Shown here one piece after another: positions 57,301-64,000 of a stretch of 64,000 nucleotides of DNA. Position numbers and translations under genes: made by a program. The stretch lies in the IMG/VR virus record IMGVR_UViG_3300042934_000861, positions 17,705 through 81,704 of that record; one strand, given 5' to 3'. The notes below the pieces were generated by a model. It saw only the letters and a program-made list of their open reading frames with translations, was not told the DNA's origin and made no database searches. How positions within the stretch are numbered: position 1 is the first letter of the stretch; every line of letters begins with the position of its first letter. This DNA comes from a virus.

Positions 57301-60300
57301 GGTGGTAAGACGGCTATTGAGCATGTTGCTAAAGCCTTTCAACATTTATATAATGGCGGTAGAATCGTTGCGTTAATACCAGACGGTGGAATGACTGATA
57401 AGCGGTTTGAACGTTGGCAGGAATCAGATGCTGCTGATGGAGCTTATCTTGTAGGGGAAATAAAACTTCCGTCCGTAACCTTTGAACGCGCCGGTACTGG
57501 TATCAGAACTAAAATTGTTATTATTGAAAAGCACAAAGAAAAAGACAGTGAGTTGCTTCATAAATTACAGCAGCGTAATGTCGATCTTTCTAACGTCGAT
57601 AATATCAATGAGTTGTTTGAGCGACTAGAGAACCTATCAATGCCTGGTCGAGTTTTAAAAGACGAACAAGCTCAAAGAATGGAAGTCGTTAAGGAGCAAA
57701 AAACGGAATCTATAACTTTTGAACTTGGCGAATTTAAGCATACAAAAACTCTAAAACCTATATATGTTGCTACACCTATGAAGCACTTAGGTGATGATTT
57801 TAGTAAAATATCAAAAATCGCAAAACAACATGATGGGTGGTATAACAGTTTTAATAAGGGGGGAGCTCTAAAGGGGTTTGCATTTGAAAATGCTGCAGCC
57901 AGAAAAGCCTTTATGGATGAGATTAGTGAAACTAAACTAATTGGACAAGCAGACAAGCTTGCAGTTGGCTTTGACCCTACCTTTGGTAAATTTGATAATG
58001 TTGATATTGAAGCTGCTCTTCGCCCGTATATCAAAAAAGCGACAGATGCTATTCCGCGTTTAGTTCGATTAGGTGAGCATCTAATGGAGCAAGGATATGT
58101 AACCGGTAAACAGTGGATGGCAAAGATGCATGAAACTCTTGGCGATATGTGGAATAACTTTAGATCGGTCATTGGTAGGGTTTGGAAGGAAGTGCGGGAT
58201 GCTGCAGCAAATAAACGTACGAATAATGTAGTTGGGGGTGGTAATGGTGGACAAGGTGGAAAGCAAGCGCCTGGAGGAAGAGGCCCGTCAGAAGATAATC
58301 GAAATAACAGGAGAAGATCCGATGGAATCGGAGTGGGCAGAAACGAACATGAGGAATCTGCTGATGAAGGGGCAAGAGTACGAGAACGCTTTGAGAGCAG
58401 CTTATCAAAAGAACAAGTAGAACTGATTTTAAAGGCGATTAAAGATTATCATGGTGATCTGGCACAACAGGTTAAAACATTCATAGCTGCCGGCAAGGTC
58501 ACATATGCAATGGGAACTGTTGAAGACTTCTCTGGAATTCGTTCTCAGCAAATGGCCAGATACTTACCGCTTGATAGAAAAATCATCTTCAATCCAAACC
58601 TTTTTGGCGACGATTTAGCTCAGATATTCCTTCATGAAACTATTCATAGTATGGACCATAATGGCGTGTTTGACAGTGAAGTTCTTGGTTATATAAAAGG
58701 CAAGTGGATAACAGAAGGGACTGCTGTTATTCAGGAGCTTAGAGCTAATGATAAAATCACATATGAAAAACTTGTTGATATCATTAAAAATGAGCGAAAT
58801 TTAGATAAGTTAATAAAGCGATTTATTCAAAACCAGGATCTTGATATTCGTGCTATTAATTCTAAATTGCGTAGCTTTAGCAATGAAGATAAAACATATA
58901 CAGATTTAGTGTCTGTTTATGCGTTAGCTAAAGTGACTTTGAGTAAGCAGCAGTTTAGCCTGTTTGATAAACTCTTTGAACAAGAGGGATTAGCTTACTA
59001 TCTCTCCGAGAATCCGGATGTTGCTGCAGATGTATTAAGTCAAACACGTGGAGGCAGTCAATCAACTGACGTAGAGCCTAAAGCTGCAGAAAACAGAAAG
59101 TCATCCGTAAAAGGTGAAATGACCTTTCGTCCTGCTGCCAAGGATGGAAAAACCGATTTTACTGAACAAAACAAGCGTATGATGGCTGGCCTTGAAAAAC
59201 GTGGATGGAGTAGAAGTGAAAATCAAGACGGATCTGTAACCTATAGACAATTTGATCAGCAGGCACCCAAATCTGAAACACCAACTACTGCGGAGAGTAA
59301 CCAGGAAAGGACTGGAACTAATCAATTTAAAGTCCCAGAAAAGCTGGTGTTTAAATTTACGAAGCCTAATGTTCAAAAAATTAGTCGTAGAGAGATCCGT
59401 GATAAGATTACTGAATTATTTGCACCGGTGAGGTGGGGAAGAGCTTCGTCTTCAAATGAATTCAAAGAGTTTGCAAATGTCATCCGCAGTCAAAAAGCGT
59501 TTGACTTTCCCGGTCTGTTAAATTCAATTGGAGAGCTCTTAGACAATCAATTTAAGCTAAATGAATTGCCTCATGCCGTGGAAGTTAAAGATGGCGTAGG
59601 GCAATTTTTTATTGACTACATTACGGGGAATACCGCTCAATATCCGAACTATGCAAAAGAGTTCGAAAAGGCCATAGGAGCCAAATTGCGGGATGTTAGA
59701 ACTATTCAAGATATGATGTATCGTTGGTATAATCAAACATCCAGAGAAAGAGTAAGCGGGGTTATTTCCTGGGATCAAAAAGAAAAATTGACGATTCGAT
59801 CCTTGTCAGCTAAAAGTAAAGAACAAGCTGGTAAAGCGATGGCTTATGTTTATCGACAGCTAGTTGAGCGCCGCTTTCCTATGAAACAAGCAATTGATCA
59901 AGTAGAAAAGATGATTGGCAAAAAGCTTCCTATTGAACAGAATCCATATATTCAAGCCTTATTAACCCGTGGCTTAGCTGGTAAGGCTAATGCTATGCTT
60001 GGGATCGGTAAAAACAAAAGTACTAGTGTGCAGACTGTACGTGATGGCTTAAGGGCTGTTCACCCGAATGTAGATTTTAGCAAATTTATTCCGTTGTCTG
60101 ACATTATTAGTTCGATTGGTGCGGACCGGAATGAAGAGGTTTACCAAGAGTTATTTGAATATGTTGTTTCTAAGCATATGCTTACTGTAGCAAGTAAAAA
60201 AGAAGCACCTCTTGATTACGAAGATTGGTTAAATACGGTTGAGTCTGCACGGCCGGAAATTGTAACCGCTGGAAGGCAAATCGTTGATTTTAGTAATAAC

Positions 60301-62631
60301 CTTATGGATATCATGGTTGATTATGGTGTTGTATCTAAAGGGAAAGCTGAAGGCTTACGCAAGGCGTATCCGAACTACGTTCCCCTAATGCGTGTTTTTG
60401 AAGAAGCTGCTTATGAAAAGTTAGGCGATAGTTTAAAAGAAATGGTTGGCAGTGTGCGTGACATTGTTAATCCAGCAGAGTCTATAGTGCACAATGTCTT
60501 TAAAATGCTTGAGCAAGCTGAACGCAATAAAGTGAAGCAGCTGTTTGCTGGCATTGCAGACAATCATTCAAATATGGGGTGGCTAATAGAAGAGGTCCCT
60601 GAAATAGCATATTCCGAAAAAGAGGTTGCTCTCGAAGAGGTTGCCGAAACCATTACTAAAAAAGGCGAGACATTTGTTGAATATGATAGCCAAAATGAGC
60701 CTAAATGGTTAAATGCCGATAAGGTTGGTAATCCGGTTGATGAAAAGGGAAATGAGCTTATAATTACCCGTGGTGATGGTGGAAAGATAGAATCTATTAT
60801 TGCTAAGCGTCCTGTAAGAAATGGTGCATCGGATAAAGATAGCGTATTTAAGGTATTGGTTAATGGTAAGACCAAGTTTTATCAAATTGGGGTACCGGAA
60901 GTTTACAAGTCTATGATGGAGCAGGAAGTAGATACCTCAAACCTTTTCCTGAAATTTTTAAGTATGGTTGTACGCATTGCTAGGGCGGGTTTTGTTTCTC
61001 TGAATCCGGCTTTTCTTGCTGTGAATGTTTCGCGTGATTTGGTGACAAGCTATGTCAATTCTCCATCCGGATATATACCTAAAGGAGATTTTTTCCGTGG
61101 AATGATGGCCATTGCCAAACAGGATAAACTCTGGTGGGAATATGTATCATCCGGAACGGCCATGAGTGATTTTTATTCTACTGACCGCAATTTTGCTCAG
61201 GAAGCGATAAAAAAGATACGCAAGCAAACTGCATTAGGAAAGTTCAGCCCTATGCATATGATTGAAATGTTGGAACGTGTAGGGCAAATGGTAGAGTCTG
61301 CTCCGCGTGTTGGTGAATATATTCGTGAAAAGGAAGAAGGTTTTAGCTTACCTGAGAGAGCTCTAAATGCAAGAGATTTAACAATTGACTTTTCTAAAGG
61401 TGGCCCTGCGTCTGTTGTGTGGAATCGGGTAGCAGTATTTAGTAAAGTTACTATTCTTGATTGGGATAAGGTGTTTAGGGTCTTATTTACTGGCGGTAGT
61501 GAATTGAAAGAAAAAGTAAAAGATGTAGCTAAGGGCGAAGGTAGCGTTAAGGATGTAATGTACGATCGCACGATGCAGGCGTGGGTAAAACATATCGTGC
61601 TGCTAACGATTCCTTCGCTGCTTCTGTGGTGGATGTATAAAGATGACGATCGCTATAAGAAACTTCCGCAATGGCGTAAGGATATGTTTTGGAATGTTCC
61701 TATCAACGATACATTTACTTTTAGCGTTCCAAAACCATTTCTAGCCGGTACGATGTTTGCAACGATGCCGGTCCGGTTCATGGAGTGGTCTGTTCAAAAT
61801 AATCCTGATGCTTTCAAGGAAATGGGTAAGCTGCTCACTAATCAACTGCCTACTCTTTTGCCTACTGCGATAACGCCCGTATATGAACATATGTCAAATT
61901 ACAGTTTGTTTTCGGACAGGGGCATCGTTCCTCAGAATGAAAAGACATTGCCACCCGAGCGTCAATACGGTCCGAGTACGACACTGGTTGCACGAAAAAT
62001 TGGTGAAATTTTTGGCGTTTCTCCCCGGTTTGTTGATAACTACATCCGAGGTTACACTGGTGGTGTTGGTACTACCATGACTGAATCAATCGACCTCGCA
62101 TATGGTAAATATGAAAATGCACCGATGAGATACTGGCAGGAGTGGCCGGTAGTTCGACGCTTCTTTACTCAAAATTATCGCAATGCAGACAATATCGACG
62201 AGTTCTATAAACACTTGGAAGAATTAGAGCAAGCACATAAGGTTCAATTGATGGATACGGCTGCAGCAACCGGCAAAAGTACAAAAGAGCTACGGGATGA
62301 AGTTCCTGTTCCTCCGGATTTAAAAATGTATCGGCTAGCGAGTAAGGCTTTGCAGGACAATAGGGATCAATCTCAGACTGTACTGTTATCGCAGACAATT
62401 GATTCTAAAACTAAGCGAGAGCAAATTGATCAGCTGAGTCGTGAAGCTGTTGTGCTAGCTGACCAGGCGCTAAAAGGTGAGTTTCTTCCTGAAAAGCAGA
62501 CCCCGGCTAAAAAGAAAAATATTACCGGTGGTATCTTTGAGAAAGCTCAAAAGGAGCTACGGGAGAAGCAATCTGGAAATAGCATCTATAAGCAGGCTAT
62601 GGATAACGTACTCAAAAAAGACAAGAAGTAA
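51319..62631 (+). CDS. giant DarB-like polyvalent virion protein: SF2 (strawberry-notch-like) helicase, N6-adenine methyltransferase, HExxH zincin, LPD38-like C-terminus
   Basis: NGTGTGKT (about 55230), TDESH, LSATP, AGREGISLHD, QIEGRIYR; DYFATP/LEPSAGHG/MNPPY (57283); HETIH (58633); LPQWRKDMFW...VPKPF. Confidence 0.9.
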   Translation: MSFTRNFSQDLQAAIKENEQKILDIQSEQYANIPLTIERPSADGLSSNQPNQTFVDFGGLQPWELSSEANVANYDQPKLSGVSKAVVDALPYGVGSAISLINNAVKTMGKPQYISDKEWDAKQPPLIKWIDNIGEGLQKASPIQKYESYTPEWWAQTLTTMAPLSVGLGAATLASMRSGNPSALAQSGEYAAMNVLGRGIGAAKNVPAAANAFEKLSGLSPAAAKIAANAPAALSKYAGNVLSGAYIQAPAAYAEAQVEGNDAYTEAVESGLSHQQADLVRKKVVELNLKLLTGSNALEIATAFTELPFKGPQRILRNALGETARYGINGVQNAAEEVGQENVKRSALLEALDKEIQSTDATTPEGTQRQKNLIEARSKIPEAQWNPLKLDDNLMEQAAGGFGAGVLFNVPGTVSRVRKGDFSKEKPAENVTSEMNGLINKQSEVNAQSSLPEMKVPSFKTEEELNNYEVDAIMQAIDSGDISAEDGITPITPKGTELLSNLEQQRNTFFDSIQQAALPVDTQQTPHEYSILQKPDLSSVEQIQPFITPEQKQQELVQQESLKQKEGRLQAEKQLLDITGQSAANIITPESPRATDIILPGQTPNEAGIQAIAELRQKLIPQKPEPLPDSWQAGMRRRLASSVQRKDLATAANIARELGLNDKVKLYEGAVIQPNVREKITVDELKRADNYNKLDDLSKLFVDVLDHHKAPLNLVQTEIETAHNHMVDNYINLLRNQMKQGVISRGGSMNYKWYRDALETYKRQMTSKSTGKEYIGYPKKDDWEYILHQTALDHLRNGYNDPTYGPQISDQDLNLYNDLEAAIDGIKQVREKITPALDGSLRANESSGTKGNRSLQAAAQDAIPVARELGKPVNSDVSPKALTNEVIKAPVNNVVSEKVPGSEETLIAESKLPVPKESKVESPEISSRNVGEAGFNSSEENRNRLKDKLLERAGKKPKESKKINIVDDSDAALQAALNDLQKELSNISSTPVFNPALMSAAFKVGAIHLQRGINSFSSWSDRMVQTVGKKIEPFLNSVWKSISSWPADVKYDSELANTLFEYVGVLYQDGITGKEEVRQRINEDIGSEYDNLIDAIYNGVSEWPGFKKDVAEIASSGVESKKEGEVNDRDSVKDMERNSPDVSDRDGMGATILPDGSRGASRSDGGRSDKTGSQGAGSDSGVGVSDSSSISGRSSGDKGVRQNSSVDKKRSSGSDIFGGSDNSSNTGVPADPRAAEAVDESAADRTETSEKLEAQKKAESINVKVADLDNIRKTLPFLMPEQQDDVYFAEQRFTVPDGYGVLFTNGTGTGKTYSGLGVVKRFAMQGKNNILIAAPNSKIIDGWISSGRNLNLSISKLDDTKSAGAGITITTYANLGQNQELSNRNWDLIVTDESHYLASSQSGGVTGAADNLRAIAVHKRGYYSRFNNIEKELVQQESDAWDEVRLSEKSEDRTAIAKVPALENKAREISTKVHALRDKYYKEWDEIKPQDKPRVLFLSATPFAYVENIDYAEGFLFNYGESSNSQAYNAPDAREKFFINHFGYRMRYNKLTKPDSQVDNEVMEQQFHEWLRKQGSLSGRMLSVDKDYERKFSLVNDAIGAKIDEGLQWLFETDSGKYRELYDFVMERFKYHDRMYLLESIKSRHAVNMIKDHIALGRKVVVFHDFNKGGGFHPFKFDYVPNDIREQYNNFSSKRRDLINLDFSDLKSPIAQMKASFGEKALFFNGTVPDKVRRNNVDIFNQDDGEKSLLVVQSDAGREGISLHDTTGKHQRVLINLGMPVKPTAAIQIEGRIYRVGQKSDAIFRYLNTGTSFERYTFATKIAERATTAENLALGQDARRLKEAFIDAYQLSDDYPAGAQGEGRGGKAGDRASRQEMTNFKRAISYYFGQQKKTNRNKAAEGTDYFATPEPVGLKMVEWADMKEGERALEPSAGHGAIARFFPEKGDHVMIEPSYELGPLAAMNSPAKLVAERFENYHIVNKFHSIIMNPPYGHGGKTAIEHVAKAFQHLYNGGRIVALIPDGGMTDKRFERWQESDAADGAYLVGEIKLPSVTFERAGTGIRTKIVIIEKHKEKDSELLHKLQQRNVDLSNVDNINELFERLENLSMPGRVLKDEQAQRMEVVKEQKTESITFELGEFKHTKTLKPIYVATPMKHLGDDFSKISKIAKQHDGWYNSFNKGGALKGFAFENAAARKAFMDEISETKLIGQADKLAVGFDPTFGKFDNVDIEAALRPYIKKATDAIPRLVRLGEHLMEQGYVTGKQWMAKMHETLGDMWNNFRSVIGRVWKEVRDAAANKRTNNVVGGGNGGQGGKQAPGGRGPSEDNRNNRRRSDGIGVGRNEHEESADEGARVRERFESSLSKEQVELILKAIKDYHGDLAQQVKTFIAAGKVTYAMGTVEDFSGIRSQQMARYLPLDRKIIFNPNLFGDDLAQIFLHETIHSMDHNGVFDSEVLGYIKGKWITEGTAVIQELRANDKITYEKLVDIIKNERNLDKLIKRFIQNQDLDIRAINSKLRSFSNEDKTYTDLVSVYALAKVTLSKQQFSLFDKLFEQEGLAYYLSENPDVAADVLSQTRGGSQSTDVEPKAAENRKSSVKGEMTFRPAAKDGKTDFTEQNKRMMAGLEKRGWSRSENQDGSVTYRQFDQQAPKSETPTTAESNQERTGTNQFKVPEKLVFKFTKPNVQKISRREIRDKITELFAPVRWGRASSSNEFKEFANVIRSQKAFDFPGLLNSIGELLDNQFKLNELPHAVEVKDGVGQFFIDYITGNTAQYPNYAKEFEKAIGAKLRDVRTIQDMMYRWYNQTSRERVSGVISWDQKEKLTIRSLSAKSKEQAGKAMAYVYRQLVERRFPMKQAIDQVEKMIGKKLPIEQNPYIQALLTRGLAGKANAMLGIGKNKSTSVQTVRDGLRAVHPNVDFSKFIPLSDIISSIGADRNEEVYQELFEYVVSKHMLTVASKKEAPLDYEDWLNTVESARPEIVTAGRQIVDFSNNLMDIMVDYGVVSKGKAEGLRKAYPNYVPLMRVFEEAAYEKLGDSLKEMVGSVRDIVNPAESIVHNVFKMLEQAERNKVKQLFAGIADNHSNMGWLIEEVPEIAYSEKEVALEEVAETITKKGETFVEYDSQNEPKWLNADKVGNPVDEKGNELIITRGDGGKIESIIAKRPVRNGASDKDSVFKVLVNGKTKFYQIGVPEVYKSMMEQEVDTSNLFLKFLSMVVRIARAGFVSLNPAFLAVNVSRDLVTSYVNSPSGYIPKGDFFRGMMAIAKQDKLWWEYVSSGTAMSDFYSTDRNFAQEAIKKIRKQTALGKFSPMHMIEMLERVGQMVESAPRVGEYIREKEEGFSLPERALNARDLTIDFSKGGPASVVWNRVAVFSKVTILDWDKVFRVLFTGGSELKEKVKDVAKGEGSVKDVMYDRTMQAWVKHIVLLTIPSLLLWWMYKDDDRYKKLPQWRKDMFWNVPINDTFTFSVPKPFLAGTMFATMPVRFMEWSVQNNPDAFKEMGKLLTNQLPTLLPTAITPVYEHMSNYSLFSDRGIVPQNEKTLPPERQYGPSTTLVARKIGEIFGVSPRFVDNYIRGYTGGVGTTMTESIDLAYGKYENAPMRYWQEWPVVRRFFTQNYRNADNIDEFYKHLEELEQAHKVQLMDTAAATGKSTKELRDEVPVPPDLKMYRLASKALQDNRDQSQTVLLSQTIDSKTKREQIDQLSREAVVLADQALKGEFLPEKQTPAKKKNITGGIFEKAQKELREKQSGNSIYKQAMDNVLKKDKK
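53789..53938 (+). CDS. putative nested (+1 frame) 49-aa ORF inside giant gene
   Basis: GGAGG SD at 53775; MESNKSEKK...YEQMSPVAQKAIEVFKQQH. Confidence 0.35.
   Translation: MESNKSEKKSPLPSMGLYEQMSPVAQKAIEVFKQQHKTQYRLPENLENQ
54698..55075 (+). CDS. putative nested (+1 frame) 125-aa helical protein inside giant gene
   Basis: GAGGGTGAGG SD; globular-looking sequence while the host frame is a Ser/Gly/Asp/Arg low-complexity linker. Confidence 0.6.
   Translation: MIGIASRIWNEIAQTCPIETEWGQQYFPMDQEELAEAMEEEATRLEAKGLDQTVVLAYLTVAPLVAEAQGIREYAKTHPWIRNALPEVTSLEEATILATREYRLTQEQQKQLMNLLQTEPKLQRS
58244..58420 (+). CDS. putative nested (+1 frame) 58-aa helical protein inside giant gene
   Basis: GGGGGTG SD (used by other genes here); MVDKVESKRLEEEARQKIIEITGEDPM...; host frame is a Gly/Arg-rich linker. 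Confidence 0.5.
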   Translation: MVDKVESKRLEEEARQKIIEITGEDPMESEWAETNMRNLLMKGQEYENALRAAYQKNK

Positions 62632-62668
62632 AAAAAGGAGAGCTGCTAATTAGCGGCTCTCTTCTTTA
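62630..62668. terminator. bidirectional intrinsic terminator
   Basis: A-tract, GGAGAGCTGCT-AATT-AGCGGCTCTCT, T-rich tract, between convergent genes. Confidence 0.8.
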
Positions 62669-62868
62669 TTGCAATATTGTTCGTACAACCATTTTAAAAA
62701 ACGATATGGCCATATGACGAATACCCACACAAAAGTTGATATGACTAAGGCAATGAATAGGGCTTCAACAATGAATTGGTATAGGAAGATAACAAGTGGT
62801 ATTAAAGGCAGGGTTATCAACCAGAGTAAGATTCCTTTAGGCTTTTCTTTGAACCATATCAAAGGCAT
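62650..62868 (-). CDS. small two-TM membrane protein (moron)
   Basis: AGGAGGG SD on minus strand; very hydrophobic. Confidence 0.7.
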   Translation of the reverse strand: MPLIWFKEKPKGILLWLITLPLIPLVIFLYQFIVEALFIALVISTFVWVFVIWPYRFLKWLYEQYCNKEESR

Positions 62869-62965
62869 CCCTCCTAACGAGCTAATTCTTTCTTAGTGGG
62901 GTGAGCAATATGCCACGGGAACCGTGTTAATCAATTAGGATAGAATAATATTTTTTGGGGGTGGA

Positions 62966-63241
62966 GTGTTGGGAGAGGAAAAATCCTTCGAACGCGAGGT
63001 TTTGGACAGGTTGATTACAATTGAAACAACGTTGAAAAGTTTAACTGTCCAATGTCCGCGTTGTCAAGATGAGTTAATTGCCCACGGTAAGTCTATTGTC
63101 AGTCTTGATGCTAGCACGAAATCCGCGCATCACCGCATTGATGGTGTATATAAGACGGCAGGAATAATTAGTGCTACTGTGGGCTTGTTAGTGTCGGTTT
63201 TAAGCTTCTTATTTAACAATATCCCGAAGGGAGGACACTAA
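62966..63241 (+). CDS. XhlA/hemolysin-like lysis protein
   Basis: EVLDRLITIET...STKSAHHRID plus C-terminal TM helix. Confidence 0.7.
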   Translation: MLGEEKSFEREVLDRLITIETTLKSLTVQCPRCQDELIAHGKSIVSLDASTKSAHHRIDGVYKTAGIISATVGLLVSVLSFLFNNIPKGGH

Positions 63242-63573
63242 TGTTTTGGCAGAATGTACGGCAGGTTGTATCTAACCTGCCATTAGTATTATGCGAGAGC
63301 GACGATGCCAAAGACGTATCTTTAAATCGCGTTATCATTGCTATGTTGGCTGTTACCGTGCTAGTAATTGTTTATCGTATGCTTTTGTATCCAGATACGG
63401 CTGTAAACCTTACTAGCATGCTGGATAAGGTTTTAACTGCGCTGGGACTACAATTAGGAAGCAATACGATTAAACGTGGCTTAGATACATGGCGACAAAT
63501 TGAAGGAGGGAAAGGGAATGCGGAAAGTAACATTAATGGAACTCAGGCAAATTGCACTGCAGAGCAAAAATAA
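63241..63573 (+). CDS. putative holin
   Basis: Two hydrophobic segments; upstream of amidase. Confidence 0.6.
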   Translation: MFWQNVRQVVSNLPLVLCESDDAKDVSLNRVIIAMLAVTVLVIVYRMLLYPDTAVNLTSMLDKVLTALGLQLGSNTIKRGLDTWRQIEGGKGNAESNINGTQANCTAEQK

Positions 63574-64000
63574 ACTCTGGTCAGCTGCTAAAAGTTGCGG
63601 GAGAGACGTGAAATTATACTTACATTGGAGTGCTGGCCATTATGGCCAGTTTTCTCCTTCCTATCACATTCACATTGATCATGATGGGAGTATTTATGTG
63701 AATGGTAATGATCTATCGCAAATCTTGTCTCATACCTATAAACGCAATACGGGTGCAATTGGGATATCGCTTGCATGTTGTGCCGGAGCCGCAACTAATG
63801 ATTTTGGATCTGAACCGCCAACTGAAACTCAGTTAGAAGTTATGGCACAAGTAATAGCGGTGCTGGCGGGAGTTTTAGATTTGACAATCGATGTTGATCG
63901 AGTTATGACACATGCTGAAGCAGCTAATAATGCTGATGGCATTAATCCTGGATACGAGTATAATGGTCATCCTAACGGCATGTATGGGCCTGGTTATAGT
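63518..64000 (+). CDS. endolysin, N-acetylmuramoyl-L-alanine amidase (Amidase_2), 3' partial; not in ORF track
   Basis: MRKVTLMELRQIA...LYLHWSAG...YHIHID...SHTYKRNTGAIGISLACC...VMTHAEAA. Confidence 0.9.
   Translation, partial: MRKVTLMELRQIALQSKNKLWSAAKSCGRDVKLYLHWSAGHYGQFSPSYHIHIDHDGSIYVNGNDLSQILSHTYKRNTGAIGISLACCAGAATNDFGSEPPTETQLEVMAQVIAVLAGVLDLTIDVDRVMTHAEAANNADGINPGYEYNGHPNGMYGPGYS

Larger units (their letters stand above)
1..64000 (+). mobile_element. Bacteriophage/prophage genome segment (podovirus-like, N4-gp56-type capsid), neither end in window
   Basis: Co-oriented replication, terminase, portal, scaffold, capsid, tail, ejection and lysis genes; no host housekeeping operon. Confidence 0.97.

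Noticed and set aside
59119-59260. Possible in-frame internal start (AAAGGTGAAATG) in the giant gene
   Set aside because: SD-ATG spacing is too short and it cannot be distinguished from ordinary coding sequence
957-62398. Numerous minus-strand ORFs of 60-175 aa in the ORF track (for example 14266-14754, 30734-31267, 54606-55130, 57672-58172)
   Set aside because: They are antisense shadows of well-supported + strand genes and lack an RBS or recognisable motifs
1-64000. CRISPR array, tRNA/rRNA genes, integrase/att sites, reverse transcriptase or DGR
   Set aside because: No regularly spaced repeat-spacer array, cloverleaf, recombinase or RT motif was recognised by eye; no adenine-variant TR/VR pair was noticed for the fibre genes

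Overview
The whole window is a continuous piece of a (pro)phage genome, almost all on the + strand. The host is probably a spore-forming Firmicute, most likely Negativicutes/Sporomusaceae (inferred from the amidase type, SpoVS, the sigma factors and a Gram-negative-style tail-tip module). Gene order: (1) replication and accessory genes, 1-20 kb: LysM protein, DUF5131, helicase-methyltransferase fusion, replication initiator with iterons, DnaC-like loader, SigH-like and SigF/G-like sigma factors, C5 methyltransferase, ASCH, DnaJ-domain, SSB, RusA-like, AAA ATPase, MmcB-like, MazG-like; (2) a separately promoted small-gene island with an XRE repressor and a candidate twister ribozyme, 20-22.2 kb; (3) HNH, radical SAM, late activator and acyl carrier protein; (4) terminases, then an anti-defence cluster (Tad1-like, gp49/Acb4-like, SpoVS, unknowns) inserted before the portal; (5) a podovirus-type head and tail module with an N4-gp56-type capsid protein; (6) ejection proteins, including a 3770-aa DarB-like polyvalent protein that carries three +1-frame nested ORFs with ribosome-binding sites; (7) the start of the lysis cassette. 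No integrase, tRNA, rRNA, CRISPR array or reverse transcriptase was seen. All family calls come from motif recognition by eye, not from database searches.
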